A stretch of DNA of 64,000 bases from a virus. The translations under genes and the position numbers were made by a program. Each line of letters opens with the position of its first letter. Position 1 is the stretch's first letter. Of this stretch, positions 24,737-37,900 are shown piece by piece. The stretch is from IMG/VR virus record IMGVR_UViG_3300045988_074608; one strand, written 5' to 3'. Under the pieces are notes generated by a model, which saw nothing but the letters and a program-made list of their open reading frames with translations, made no database searches and had not been told where the DNA came from.

Positions 24737-25720
24737 ATGTATAGTACAAAAAAAGCTACAATTGATACATCTTTACGAGATATCATAGAGATGTTAGATG
24801 ATTATGATATCTACTCATATTATATCGGATCTTTTAAAATAAATAAACTTATGAATAGTCCTTTGCGTAATGATGATAAAAATCCATCATTCGCAGTATT
24901 TGTAGGACGAGAAGGTCGTTTATTTTTTAAAGATCATGGTAACGGAGTAGGTGGAAACGCTATAACGTTTGTAAAAACTATTTGTAATATACAATCAAAA
25001 GAAGAATTAGAAAAAGAACTTCTAAGGATTTTGCGAAAACAGAATCCTAATAAAGTAAAAAGGGTTAATATAAAGAAGTACGAATCTGCTCACAATACTG
25101 TAATTGGTATTGCTAGACAACCGTTTACTAATACTGATTTACAGTATTGGGGGCAGTTTCATATTTCTAAATCTACTCTTAACAAATATCGCGTTTTTAG
25201 TATAAAATATTTTCTTTGTAATGGAACCGTCAGAGGAGTCTACAAAGAAACCTGTCCTATGTATGCGTATAAAGTGTATGATAGATTTAAAATCTATAGA
25301 CCTTTAGCTTCCAAGTATACTAAATGGCGTTCTAATCTGACAAATTATGACGTTCAGGGGCTTGCTGAAATACCTCAGGGAGGAGGTGATCTTCTCATCA
25401 TTACAAAATCTTTAAAAGATGTAATGACTCTATATGAGATGGGATATAATGCTATTGCTGCATCTAGTGAAACAACATTTATTCCGGATGAGATATTGAA
25501 TAAACTTCAAACAAAATGGAAGACAATTCTCATTTTATATGATAGAGATGTAACAGGAATGAAAAAAGCTAGAGATTATAGTAGAAAATATCATTTTGAT
25601 GCATTTTTTATTAATAAAAGATTTAAAGCAAAGGATATTTCAGATGCGGTAAAAAATAATTCTTATGATAATGTAAAACAATGGTTAGATAAAGAATTAC
25701 AACGTTATGACAACCTCTAA
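24737..25720 (+). CDS. DNA primase (TOPRIM type)
   Basis: NPSFAVF..FKDHGNGVGGNAITFV N-terminal region. TOPRIM-like LIITKSLKDVMTLYEMGYNAIAASSE and ILYDRDVTG. Confidence 0.7.
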   Translation: MYSTKKATIDTSLRDIIEMLDDYDIYSYYIGSFKINKLMNSPLRNDDKNPSFAVFVGREGRLFFKDHGNGVGGNAITFVKTICNIQSKEELEKELLRILRKQNPNKVKRVNIKKYESAHNTVIGIARQPFTNTDLQYWGQFHISKSTLNKYRVFSIKYFLCNGTVRGVYKETCPMYAYKVYDRFKIYRPLASKYTKWRSNLTNYDVQGLAEIPQGGGDLLIITKSLKDVMTLYEMGYNAIAASSETTFIPDEILNKLQTKWKTILILYDRDVTGMKKARDYSRKYHFDAFFINKRFKAKDISDAVKNNSYDNVKQWLDKELQRYDNL

Positions 25721-26111
25721 AGGAAGGGTAAGAAATGCGACAAAGGTCAGTAAGTATGGAATAAATTTTAGGTCTAAACTTGAATGTTATACTTACGAAG
25801 CTTTTATGAATGCAGGGATTCCTGTACAATATGAGCCAAAGCATTTCACATTATTACCTAAATTTGAGTACTTAAATGAAAAAATACGTCCTATAACATA
25901 TCTACCTGATTTTATAGGTAAAGATTTTATTGTAGAATGTAAAGGTCTTATGGGAGATTCATTCCCATTAAGATATAAATTGTTTAAGTATTATTTAAAA
26001 AAACATCGAAGTAAAAAACGATGTTATCTTGTGAGAAATCACAAACAAGTTGATGAAATGATAAAAGACATTAAATGCAATTATGAGTCAGTTTGTAAGA
26101 ATAGGAAATGA
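25707..26111 (+). CDS. small PD-(D/E)XK-type endonuclease
   Basis: YLPDFIGKDFIVECKG matches a D...E-x-K nuclease core. Confidence 0.5.
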   Translation: MTTSKGRVRNATKVSKYGINFRSKLECYTYEAFMNAGIPVQYEPKHFTLLPKFEYLNEKIRPITYLPDFIGKDFIVECKGLMGDSFPLRYKLFKYYLKKHRSKKRCYLVRNHKQVDEMIKDIKCNYESVCKNRK

Positions 26112-26874
26112 GATTGTTCCAAAACCTAAAGGAATAGATTATGATTTGGTTAATGGTAAGTGTTATTGCTTAATTAAAAAAGATGACTGGACTGGTACTC
26201 TATTTTTAAAAGAAGAAAATACTGTAAAATTAGCAACAGATCATATATATGAATCAAAACAAGATATCTTGTTTAAACAAAGAGTTATTAATAATTTTAA
26301 TTCTTCGGAAAAAACAACAGGTGTATTGCTTGCAGGATTGAAAGGTTCTGGAAAAACATTAGCAGCTAAATTGTTATGTAAACAAGCAAATCTACCTGTT
26401 ATTATCGTAGATCCGTCATTTAATTCTAGAGATCTAAATAGATTCTTTACGTCATTTAATACTCCTGTTGCGATTATCTTTGATGAAGTGGATAAAAACA
26501 CCGATAAAAGATGGGACACTGCTCAAATGCTGGGCTTTCTTGATGGAATGCAAGATACAGGTAAAAAGCTCGTAGTATTTACATGTAATGAAACAAGATC
26601 GTTAGATGAAAATCTATTAGATAGATGTAGTCGTATTCGTTATTATAAATACTATAAAGCATTGGATCGCGATACTGTAAAACTTATTATTGATGATATT
26701 ATTAAAGATAATAAAGATACAGTAATACTATTAGATTTTATAATGAATTATATAAAAACTGTAACTTATGATAATGTTATATCTTTTATAAAAGAGGTGA
26801 ATGAATATTGTGATGAGATTACAGAAGATTCATTAATGGATCTAATTAAAGATATGAACATTGAAATTATTTAA
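26083..26874 (+). CDS. AAA+ ATPase
   Basis: Walker A GLKGSGKTLAAK; Walker B IIFDEVDK. Confidence 0.7.
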   Translation: MSQFVRIGNEIVPKPKGIDYDLVNGKCYCLIKKDDWTGTLFLKEENTVKLATDHIYESKQDILFKQRVINNFNSSEKTTGVLLAGLKGSGKTLAAKLLCKQANLPVIIVDPSFNSRDLNRFFTSFNTPVAIIFDEVDKNTDKRWDTAQMLGFLDGMQDTGKKLVVFTCNETRSLDENLLDRCSRIRYYKYYKALDRDTVKLIIDDIIKDNKDTVILLDFIMNYIKTVTYDNVISFIKEVNEYCDEITEDSLMDLIKDMNIEII

Positions 26875-26876
26875 CA

Positions 26877-27041
26877 ATGGATATTATCGAAGAAGGAAAG
26901 ATACGAAGAGAAATAAATGATGTTAAAAATCAAGTATGTTCTGCAGTAGCGAATAATGACTCTGAAACAGTCATGAAACTTATTCGTAGAATACAAGAAT
27001 TAGATCATCAATTATACGATAACAGAAATGATGAATATTGA
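26877..27041 (+). CDS. possible small protein (54 aa, below the track cutoff)
   Basis: My own translation is MDIIEEGKIRREINDVKNQ... It fills the gap between two genes and overlaps the next start. Confidence 0.3.
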   Translation: MDIIEEGKIRREINDVKNQVCSAVANNDSETVMKLIRRIQELDHQLYDNRNDEY

Positions 27042-28002
27042 TATTCCTTATTATGAGGACAAATCTCGAATAAATAATACGGCAATAGGGTGGTTTCTTA
27101 ATCAGGGACCATCCTATTTTCGTAAAAAGATGTCTGGTGAAATACCAGATGAAGAATCACGAGCTATGAGTCGAGGTACCATGATTCATATGTATCTATT
27201 GCAACCAGATGAATTTAAGGAGCGTTATAAAGTTGCAACAATAGTCAGGCCAAAATCAACACAGCAAAGTTTCTTCTGTAGCATATTAGCTAATTCAGTT
27301 GAAATAGAGCCCGATTTAGCCCTTCTAGACGCTTATAAACAAGTGTATAGTATAGTTGGTAAATCTGAAGCTAAAATGCTCTCAGAAGCAAAGGAAATAG
27401 CCTCTACGTTGAGTTCTTATATTGAATCTATTAAAGACACAAAACATATATACATATCTCAAAATGATATGAAAATGTTGGAGTCTATAAGGTTTAATAT
27501 AGATCAACATATAGCTGCAAAACCTTTATTGGATGATCCTGATGCGCACCATGAGTTTCATATAAATTGGGATTTCCCAACGGATGACGGTCGTGCGCTA
27601 TGTAAATCTCTCTTAGACAGTGTTAAATTTGATACCGAAAAGAAAGAATGTACAATAATGGATCTTAAGACAACTATACATATACATAACTTTGAAAAGA
27701 GTGTAGAAGAATATGACTATTTTAGACAATTTATGTTTTATCGTTTGGCTGCAGAATGGTATATACGAAATGAACTACACCAAGATAGCAAAGGGTGGAC
27801 ATTTAGGGTCTACATAATTGCTATTGATACAGTGTCTGACAACGAAGTGAGGGTATTTGAGTTTACTCCGGAACAACTTGAATCTCGTTTCGCTGACATT
27901 AAATCCGTTATATGTGATATAATGTGGTGTGTTAAAACAGGTAACTGGGCACATACTCGTGATTATTATAGAAATAAAGGTATAGAATATTTGAATCTTT
28001 GA
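27028..28002 (+). CDS. PD-(D/E)XK family exonuclease (RecB/Cas4-like fold)
   Basis: ..ECTIMDLKTT.. D-x-K core with upstream acidic residues. Sits in the recombination/replication module. Confidence 0.55.
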   Translation: MMNIDIPYYEDKSRINNTAIGWFLNQGPSYFRKKMSGEIPDEESRAMSRGTMIHMYLLQPDEFKERYKVATIVRPKSTQQSFFCSILANSVEIEPDLALLDAYKQVYSIVGKSEAKMLSEAKEIASTLSSYIESIKDTKHIYISQNDMKMLESIRFNIDQHIAAKPLLDDPDAHHEFHINWDFPTDDGRALCKSLLDSVKFDTEKKECTIMDLKTTIHIHNFEKSVEEYDYFRQFMFYRLAAEWYIRNELHQDSKGWTFRVYIIAIDTVSDNEVRVFEFTPEQLESRFADIKSVICDIMWCVKTGNWAHTRDYYRNKGIEYLNL

Positions 28003-28006
28003 ATCC

Positions 28007-28507
28007 ATGTCTACACAAATTAAATGTATATTACCTTTAATAGATGAACGTTTAACAAAAAATGATATATCTAAAGAAAGTGGTTTTGTAAATGCATATT
28101 TATATGATCAAAACAGACCCTCTTTAGAACAATGTTGTTTTTTATTATATGATAATTCTGTAAGATCTAAACAGCAAATGTTAACGTGGACTAAATTACG
28201 TGAACTTAAATTGTTAAGATCTATAAAGGTAATTTATGTAAATAAAAAATCATATACAGTATATGCATTTCAATTCTTTGATACAGCTAGTAAATATCTT
28301 TTTAAAGGTAGGAATCCTAAAGGAAATCAGATTGCTCGTATTTTGTATTTTTGGGGCAATAATGATGACGACTTGAACAACCGTCTCTTTAATTCCAATC
28401 TAAAGGTATACGGTGTAGATACATCGTCTGTCCCTGAAGAAGATTACGCTATGGATGCCAAAGAGTTCAGAGAAATGTATAAAAAAAGGGTGGTGATTAA
28501 TAAATAA
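28007..28507 (+). CDS. hypothetical protein (166 aa), last + strand gene
   Basis: ATG ORF. Converges on the - strand module. Confidence 0.5.
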   Translation: MSTQIKCILPLIDERLTKNDISKESGFVNAYLYDQNRPSLEQCCFLLYDNSVRSKQQMLTWTKLRELKLLRSIKVIYVNKKSYTVYAFQFFDTASKYLFKGRNPKGNQIARILYFWGNNDDDLNNRLFNSNLKVYGVDTSSVPEEDYAMDAKEFREMYKKRVVINK

Positions 28508-28594
28508 TCACTACCCTTTACTGTTTTTTATGGTTTCCTGATTAGACTCAGTGAAATCCGCTCAAAAAAAATAATTTAAAATTAGTAAATATAA

Positions 28595-31500
28595 TTAATT
28601 AACTCCAATAGGACGAGATCTTTTCTTCTTCGGTTTATCAGCATCAACATTCTATTTTTTATATAATAAACGCCAAGGAGCTGTATTAGCATACCACTGT
28701 GTCGATTTATCAAGTGCATAAGAGCCTCCACCACCCATAGATTCTGGCATAGAAGAATACCAACCTGCGGTTCCGAAGTATGCAAATGCATTCATTAATG
28801 CTTTATATTGTCTCGTTCTATTTTTATATTGTGACGATGACTTGATAATTTCGTCAGGATTATGTCCTGTAATACCAGCATAATCACCAAGTAGATCTAA
28901 TATCTAACTAAGTTTATCAACACTAGATGTTAAAATTGTAATAGATGTAATTAAATCACTAACCGTTGAAGGATTGTACATAGTCATCATTTCAATTCCT
29001 TGTCGCATTAATACAGCGTTTATTAAGAATAACAACCAATGTTCGTCATCTGGCGGTAATGTAGATACGTAAGCATTCATCATCACTGATGCTGTTACAA
29101 ACATTGTAACTAATCCTAACTCTCTTAATATTTTACCAACAGCATAAACCTCCTATCTCGACAAGTCTATATTTTTCATATCTTGTTGAGAAACGTGTTT
29201 ATATTTGAACAAGAAGGAACTTAATACTGTTTGCATTCTTTTTGTGTTAGACAAAATATGACCGAGACCGCTGAAGAAACTACGATATGGACCATTTTCT
29301 ATAAAACCAGTCATAAAATTAAAACCGCCTCTATAATAATGTTTTTTACGAGCTTTTCTTATATCACTCTTATTAAGACGTTTATCTGTAACCTCACCTG
29401 TTTCAGTTTCTCCAACTATAAAATCATTAAAATTTCTAAAACGTTCAGATATACCTACAAGTAGGAATGTACGTAACATTGTTACAAATGCAGCCCATGT
29501 ATTAGTCTATAACCATGTTTTATCTTCCTCGAGAGTCATACGAGTCATAGTCTGTATAATCTTTTTAGTTCTATTACCAATACTCTAATATTGTTCTGGA
29601 GTCATTCTGTTATCTACTATCTTAAGTTGACCATTTACCATTTTAACACAGTTTCTAGCAGTTTTAGCATTATAATACGCTCTATTAGCTTCTTTGAAAG
29701 ACATTCCATTTTCTACACATTTGTCTATAAACGGTTCTTTTGATAAGAATTCTATATTACCATTACCATCGATATACATTCTTGTAGAATTGTAAATCAT
29801 ATTTACATTTAAAGCTTTTATAAAATAATCACCCAGTGAGAACGGTATCATTCCGTCAATCTTAGATACAACTCTACCTATCTATGTTCTATATAAATTC
29901 TAATATCTTTTTGTTAAACTTTCTCCAAGTTGTAAAGAATCTATAATACCCATTGTTCTACTATACGAACCGCTTTTACCAAGAGATAATATAGCAGCAG
30001 GTAATTCTTTTATAAGTAATGTCACACACTTTGTAAAATCACGTTTATTATAATATCTACCACATCCAACTTCAACAAGAGTACACATAAGAGGGTCTAA
30101 CATTGATATTATTTGAGATACAAGTCTACATGCCAACATTACTTTTTGAGATATTCCTCTTACAATACCTATACGCTTTAAGAATGTTGCAGAACCACCA
30201 AATATAAGTTTTCTAAACCAATTAAAATGTTCCCAATCTTCAGAAAACAAATCAGTATGTGCTCTACGTTCATACACATCTCTATTCAACATATCTTCGA
30301 ACTGTTTACTATGTGTAGATTGCGTATTTTCATTTTCTTGAATATTAGTGAGAATCGTTTCAAATTTATTAACGTTTTCTATTTTAACTTTATAATTGTT
30401 AGCCATTCTAATCATAGCTACAACACTTCCAACCAAATCAGAAGATATCATAGATGGGTCTTCTAATCGATCTACATATCTTATTGGGATATTCTTAATC
30501 TCACTACCATCTGGACGTTTTGTTTTTTCAGGTATATATAAATCAGTATCTTGTTCGTTTGCATTAACATCTCTATTCCATATAGTTCCAATGTTTGAAA
30601 ATATCTGTAATCCAGCTTTCTTAGTTAGGTTTCTTGTAAGAATAGACATTGAACGTGCTCCTATTTGAGGTAATCTACCATCATATTGTTGTAAGAATGG
30701 TAGTTGTTTATATACTCTTTTATCAAGTTTTTCTTGTAACAACTACATTAATTTAAACAACTCTGGCTTAGTATTCTTAACTTTGTCATATTGAGAATCG
30801 TGATAATATTCATCTTTTGGTTGTATAAAATCATTATCTGATTCATTATAATCTTTGTTTACGTATTTAGGATCACTATTGTCAATATCAAGTTTATTAA
30901 ATAATAAATTAGGTATTACTTTATAAGAATTTTCGGTGTGTTCAATACCGTTTTCTTTATATTTAAATTGACTGACATGTGGTATAGGTATTGTAAATAC
31001 TTTTAATACATTACCATCTCGTGTATAAAATAATTGATCGGCTTTAGACTAAGCATCGGTCACTGACATTCCTTCATCTTCAAGTTGCTATACATAAGAC
31101 TACATTAAATACTAAAAAACAGAACCTTCTTCTTTAAATGTAAAATCGTTATTACCAAGAGTACCATCTATACATTTAACACCTAAGAATACATCTGATA
31201 TTATTTGATTTTTTCTAGCACCTGGTTTAATGGTATTAAAATGACCTTTTAATCCTGGCTTAATTTGATATTTAATATTTTCTATTTCAGTTTGTAGTTC
31301 ATTAATTTTCTATAAAAACTTTATACCATTTTTTGTAAGTTTTTTTGTATGTATATCAAACATGAAACTCCAATCATAGCTAACATATGTATCGTTCAGT
31401 TTATGTAAATTTATAAGTTTACGTAAATATCTTCCTAACTCTTTAATATCCTATAATCCTTCGGCAACATCTGCATCAGAACCATCGTATTCAGACTATT

Positions 31501-34500
31501 CAATCATATCTAAATATTTAGGATTAATTCCGACATATGAAAACATAGCTTGAAATTGTCGTTTTTCTGTAGGTGATTGTATTGAATTAAGAACTTCATT
31601 AAACGATTCATAATCTGGATTATATTTAATTTTACCAGATATCTTATTTTGAAAATTATTTAAATCTTCTGCAATTTGATACTCGTCACTATCAATCTGT
31701 TTTTCATTACCAAATTCATCGTAATATGATGATAAATTTAAACGCTATTTTTGTAATTCTTGTAATTGTGCTTTTTGAGAACTTGTAAGCAAATTTGGTT
31801 TAAATTTACCATTAATCGTGCAAGACTTTTTAATAGCAGTTATTTGTGAATTTAAAGAATCTACTGCTTTTAATGTGATTGCAGATAATGTATCAATACG
31901 TTCAGCATAATATTCACGAGTGAATCGCCTATTTGCATATTTAGACATAAATTCATTCATGCCTCGCAAATAGTCTTTATATATAGAACGTAATCCAGGA
32001 GTGTTGATAGGTATATCTGGATTACCAAATTCGTCAACATCGAGTTTAAAATCTTTATCGTTTAACTCCTCTTTTATCAAGTCTTCTATATTCTTATAAG
32101 TATAGAAAATACGGTTATGTTTTTTATCATTATTTTTACGCTTTCCGTATAAAAGCCATGCTTTAAAATCTTCTAAATCAGTATAGAACTATCTCTTATT
32201 TATAGGTTGTATAAAATCTCCATTATATAAACCTCTCCTATCTTTCTACATGAGATATGTAAAAGGGTTTATCATAGAAGCTTTGCCTATTAAAGAATGT
32301 TCATGTAAAGCTTTATCATATTGTTCTTTTATACCGTCTATATCTTCCTCAGTTCTGCGATCAGTTTCTTGATTCATTTTATATATCTCGTCGATAACCA
32401 TTCTAACAACAGGACTTTTTGCATCAGAAAATAAACCACAAATACGTTCAAAAGAATTCGTATCTCCAAAATCATATTGTGCAGATACCCATTTTTTAAT
32501 ATTTACAGTTAATCGTTTTTTCATGTCATCCGTAAGCTCTGAAGATTCTTGAGATTCAATCTTCTCTTTAATCCAAAAATCAAGCATGTGTTCTTGTGCA
32601 ACACGTTTCATATTTTGAATATATGTAAGCTTTTTTCGTAAATCTAAATCTGAAATAAGACGGCTTATCTCGTCTATAACAGGATTAGAACCAGGTTGTA
32701 TTACAACCAGCATTCTTTCAATATTAGACAACAGATTATCATAGAAACCGCAAATATCTTTTGTTATATATTGAATCTCGTCAAAAGAAAAAGGCTGAGT
32801 TTGTTTAGTATTAGTAGCTGTAGCGGCAGTAATAGAATTACCATTTGTATCCTAATAAACTCTATTACCAAAATTATCAATATTATAATAAACCATATCA
32901 TAGTTATTATCTTTAGCATTGATAAGCATTGCTAATATATTATTGATATCTGTATCAGCACGCTCTACAAACTATAGTACACCTTCTGCAAAAGCAGTCA
33001 TAACTTCATCAGCACTCTTAGATTCAATTGCTTCAGCTATGGTCTAATGTTGCATCTAAACTTCACGAACAGCGTTCTGATTAAATGCAATCTGTTTTTC
33101 ATCACCATATATAGAAGATGTCTCTGAGAATTTAGATTTGTATGATTTATCTTTACTTAACGTTGAATTTTCTATACTTTCAAACAAATCCTATATTGTA
33201 CGTTCTTCTTTAGTTCTGATTTTATTTATTGAAAATCTCTAATCTTTTGCAGCTCGTATCTTTCTTCTAGCCTCTTTAAATCTATCTATATAAGATTGTT
33301 TATTAAACCATAACCTGTTAAATTGCCAATTATTGTCTATATTTTCTCCAAGTTCTAAACCAACTTGTTTACTATATGAAGCCTATACAAAAATATCTAC
33401 AAGTTCTTTATATGCTGTGTTGTCATATTGTATACCGATACTTTGTAAGTATCTACTTATGAGTCTAGATATAAAACTCTTAATCTTATCCAACCATGTT
33501 TGTTTAGTATCATACTGAACCTGTTTTAATTTGTTTATAAATTCATCGTTACTAAGTTCAGCAACCATTTCATAAACATTTTGTAAACCTTGTATAGATG
33601 GATCATTATTAAATTGTTCTTTGAGTTTAGATAGTAATTTTTCAGCTTTTGCGCGTAATATTTTAGATCTTTGCAACGCTTCAACAGTAATTACATGAAT
33701 CATTTCATGGGTTAATGTCTACACTAATGCATTTTTAAAATTATTCTCATTACCGAATGATTTTGCGACATTTATAATAATAGTTCTTGTATTAGAATCA
33801 TATTTAGCAGAATAATTACCAGTACGATCAGCAACTCGTCTAATATTGACACTATTGAACAAACCTGGACTTGTTTTATTAATGTCTTTTAATATTGAGA
33901 GGATAAATGAGAAATTATGATTATCCTCACCTCTTGTTTGTTTTATAATGTATTGTAGAAGATCTTGGGCAGTGTTTAAAGATTTCTTATTTAAAAACCG
34001 ATTTAAATTACCCATTGATTCATATTCTTTAGTTTTAATCTAAACTTCAAGTCTTGGATCTTTTTTACCAATACGTACTCCTGCATATTTAACTCTTAAT
34101 CCAGGATCCATATTTTCTATATACTATCTCCAAATATCTTCTTTAACTTTAGCCTTTAATGTAACTTCGAATCTTGTTTCATATGTATCATGTACGAGAT
34201 TATCTATTGCATATCCTTGGTCTTTAATGTACTTTACAGCACGTTCTCTACTATATAGATGACTATCTCTATCTTCACCATGTCTTTTGTATATATTATC
34301 GTTTATTCTAGAGAATGTTCCTACATTGTCTGTAGCAGATTTAATTTGATTAGGATTAATAGTCAATAATTCATAATACCCAAAAGTCTTATGATAAACC
34401 ATACCCCCATCATATTCTTTTGGAAGTTTATCATATTTATTTCCAGTTCCATAATCTGTTATATAAGCCCTTTCTTCTAAAGAAGGAGAATCTTTTCTAA

Positions 34501-34921
34501 ATAGATTTTTTATATTAAGAAATAACGATATTTTATCATTAGATGTACCAAAATATGGGTTTTCTAGATAATTCTATTCTTGAGTTTGTTTTTCAGATCT
34601 AAATAATATAGGTTCTCCATTTTCATCAAATACATCTTTATACTATTCTTGTATTTCAAATCCATCTTGAAACCATTTACCGTATGTATCTGTGAAATCA
34701 GATGTGAAAAGCTGAGCTTTTTTCTACTCAGCTTTATTTACATCTCCTTTATAATACTCTAATAAATCATTATAGAGTTTTGATGATTTTCCTTCTTTTG
34801 TTTTATCAAGAGTATAACCATTGTTACAACACAGAACAGCATAGGCTCTTTTATAAGAGCCTAATACTTCTGTTAAGTGATTTAATTCTTCTTCGTATTT
34901 ACTTTTTATTAAACATACCAT
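28595..34921 (-). CDS. giant late protein, 2,108 codons with TAG read as sense; contains an HExxH motif
   Basis: Twelve tracked fragments (28904..34921) share one frame and each ends on TAG. My hand scan of all gaps found no in-frame TAA/TGA. ATG at 34919-34921, TAA at 28595-28597. Confidence 0.7.
33695..33709 (-). other. HEMIH zinc-metallopeptidase-type motif
   Basis: ..TLTHEMIHVITVEAL.. spans the junction of fragments 33383-33703 and 33719-34015. Confidence 0.5.
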
Positions 34922-34930
34922 AATAATTTA

Positions 34931-37900
34931 TTATTTACATTGTTCATCTATTTCATCTGCTAATGTATCAAGAGCTTCGTTTGTAGGATAATCTTTTAAA
35001 GATTTCTCAATAAATTCCTATCTAGCTTCCAGATTCTATTTCAACTATTCAACAGTAATACCAACAGATTCTGCTAACTTAGTAAGTACAGACTAATCAT
35101 TAAATAATTTAAGCTAATTTTCATCTATAATGTGTTTTTCGCCATATAATGCTTTATTTATAGTACTTCCTATTTCAGCATTACCGTCCTCCGTGGTCAT
35201 CTTATACAAGAATTCCCCTAAATTATAACATTCGAATACGTTTGCAAAATCCTAGTTCTAACTATCTTTCTACATGATAGCTGGTATTTTTTTCAAAAGA
35301 TTAATTACGTTAAATACCGCTTTACTTTTAACAACCATTGATTTTTTAGACTTATCATAATATATTACATTTTTATCTATATCTTCATAAGACAAACCTT
35401 CATAATCATGAACAGCTTCTTTAAAATCATTTATTATTTCGGAAATAAACCCTTGCTTGAAATCAGAATACTTGATATATTGAGTGGTTTTGTCAGAATC
35501 TTCGCCTAATACATCCTCAGTCACAAATGAACTAATATTCTACATTATTATTTTTAGATCTTTTACAGAGACTCCTTTTATAGGTTTGCTATTATAGTAA
35601 TAATACTTTTTATTTACAGATTTCTATTCTGTTTTCTATAATCCAGAATCTGTAAACCTGTTTTTCTTCAGTGTTCCATCTTCATTATAATAATTTAACA
35701 TTTTATCACCATTATGGTGAGCATAACAATATACACAAGAAGATGCACAATTACTATTATATTTTAACAAATCGGTTTTTCCACCATAACAAGAACACAA
35801 CTATCTAAATCTATTATTCTCGGTTAGTTTATTAGGTATTTGTGTACCAAGCATTTTATTAATAGCATCTACACTTAAACAACCTTCTATACTTATACCA
35901 TCCATTCTACAAGGTTCTGCGCATGTTGACAAGTCTAAATTATATTTTTTAGCAATATTTAACATCTTTTCAGCTATACCTTTTATAACATCCATTCTGG
36001 CATGAGTAAAATAAAATCCGGAATCATTCTTATCGAAGTATTTAGAATAATCATATCCTAATTCTTCCATAAATTTAGAAGTGGTTTTATAATAATCTAA
36101 CACTGAAAATCTTACATGTTTTACACCTAATTCACTAGCTCGTTTCATCAATTTATCCACTTCAGATATTTTAGTAACGCCTGGTATAATAGGATCTATT
36201 CGTAATGTAACATATTCTGGATCTAATCCTTGTTTTATAAAGTCACCTATTCTCTCAATCATGTCTTGCCATTTCATAACACCAGGCTCCCATTTAGTAT
36301 TGCCTAAAGTAGTAACGCTGAAATGAATTATTTTAGGTTTGTTTATCTATAACAATTCTCTCATTGGTAAACCATCGTGTTTTGTTATCAAATATAATGC
36401 GTCTATATCCTCATATCGAATAGGGTTCTTACTATAATCTAAAAATGTATGATTTCCTTTAGCCCAATCTTGTATCATTTTTGAGAAGAATACTGGATCA
36501 GTGTGTTCTGACGCAACTGCAATTCTTGGTCTAGTATCATCTCCAGTAAACGGTTTTATAGCAAGTATTTCATCATTAGTTAATATTGTCTTATCGGAAT
36601 TCAACGTTTTAACTTGTTCCAAATAAGTTCCGAATCTATCCTCATCATTCGCATCTATACTATCCTGCGTATCTATACTGTTATCTGGTTCAATAACATA
36701 ACCTTCTTTTTCCTATAATCTAGTTCTTATTTTGGTTAATATATTTGCGAATCGTGATTCTCCTGTAGGTTCACCTTTTTCCATAATTTCATCAAGGATT
36801 TCTCCTTTTCGATTAATATGTGTGAATTTTACATTTCCTGTATTAATTAACAATTGTTTAGCTTCTTCATTTTCTACAAATGACTAATACATGAGAGCAG
36901 ACAATATACTGTTACTAACTTTTCTCCAGATATTTAACCCTTCGCCAAGATTAACACTAGCACCTTTAGCTTTTGCTATTTTAGGATCTTGTTCTGTTAT
37001 TATAGAATTAAATATTCTAATCTTATCATCAGTTGACAATGCAGTAGAATATAAAACCTTAATAGCCTAGAATGCATTTTCAACAGTATTCGCGGAATGT
37101 TTTACAATAGATTTAATCTTATCAATATCTTTAATATATGATAATTCCTCTCCAGACAATACATTAAATACATCTGTTATATGACGTGTTGCAAAGTTAG
37201 ACAACATTAGATTATCACCACGTTCATAATGTATATTTATAGAATCTTGTTTCTTATAAAGACCTTCGATGGCAGTTATAAATGCATTTGGAACTTTATT
37301 GTTATTAATCAGATCATCTTTTGTTATAAATCCAGACTGTCGTATTGCGTTTTCAATAGATCCTCTCTGTTTATTTACATAATCTATTACACTTTGTAAT
37401 TGTGTATCAAATGTCTATTGAGCAGATTGTACAGTTGGAACAATTTTATTACCCTGCTTATCAAATTTGTCAAAATACGTCTTATCGTAATCGTCATCTA
37501 TTTCACATGAATAGAATTGATATGTCTAAGAACCTATTTTCATACGTAAACCTTTTGGATTTACAATTTTATATATAGGGTATTCGAGACTAGTTCCATA
37601 TTGTGATATTGATCCGACTCCAACTAATTTATATAATAAAAATCTATCGTTATCTGCATATGTTGTACCATTTCTAAATGTTTTTATAAACGGTGGGAAT
37701 TGTCCATTTTTATTTTTAGATATAGGTGAAGAATATTTATTATTGTAATATGATAATCCTATTATTGTCCTAGGTTCTGTTCTTAATGTAACAGTACCAT
37801 CATATCCTACCTATTTATATGTAAAATTAGATGTTATAAATCTACTATAACCTTTTTCAGTCTTTGTATTAGTAGTCGGTATTATATTATTATCTGATGC

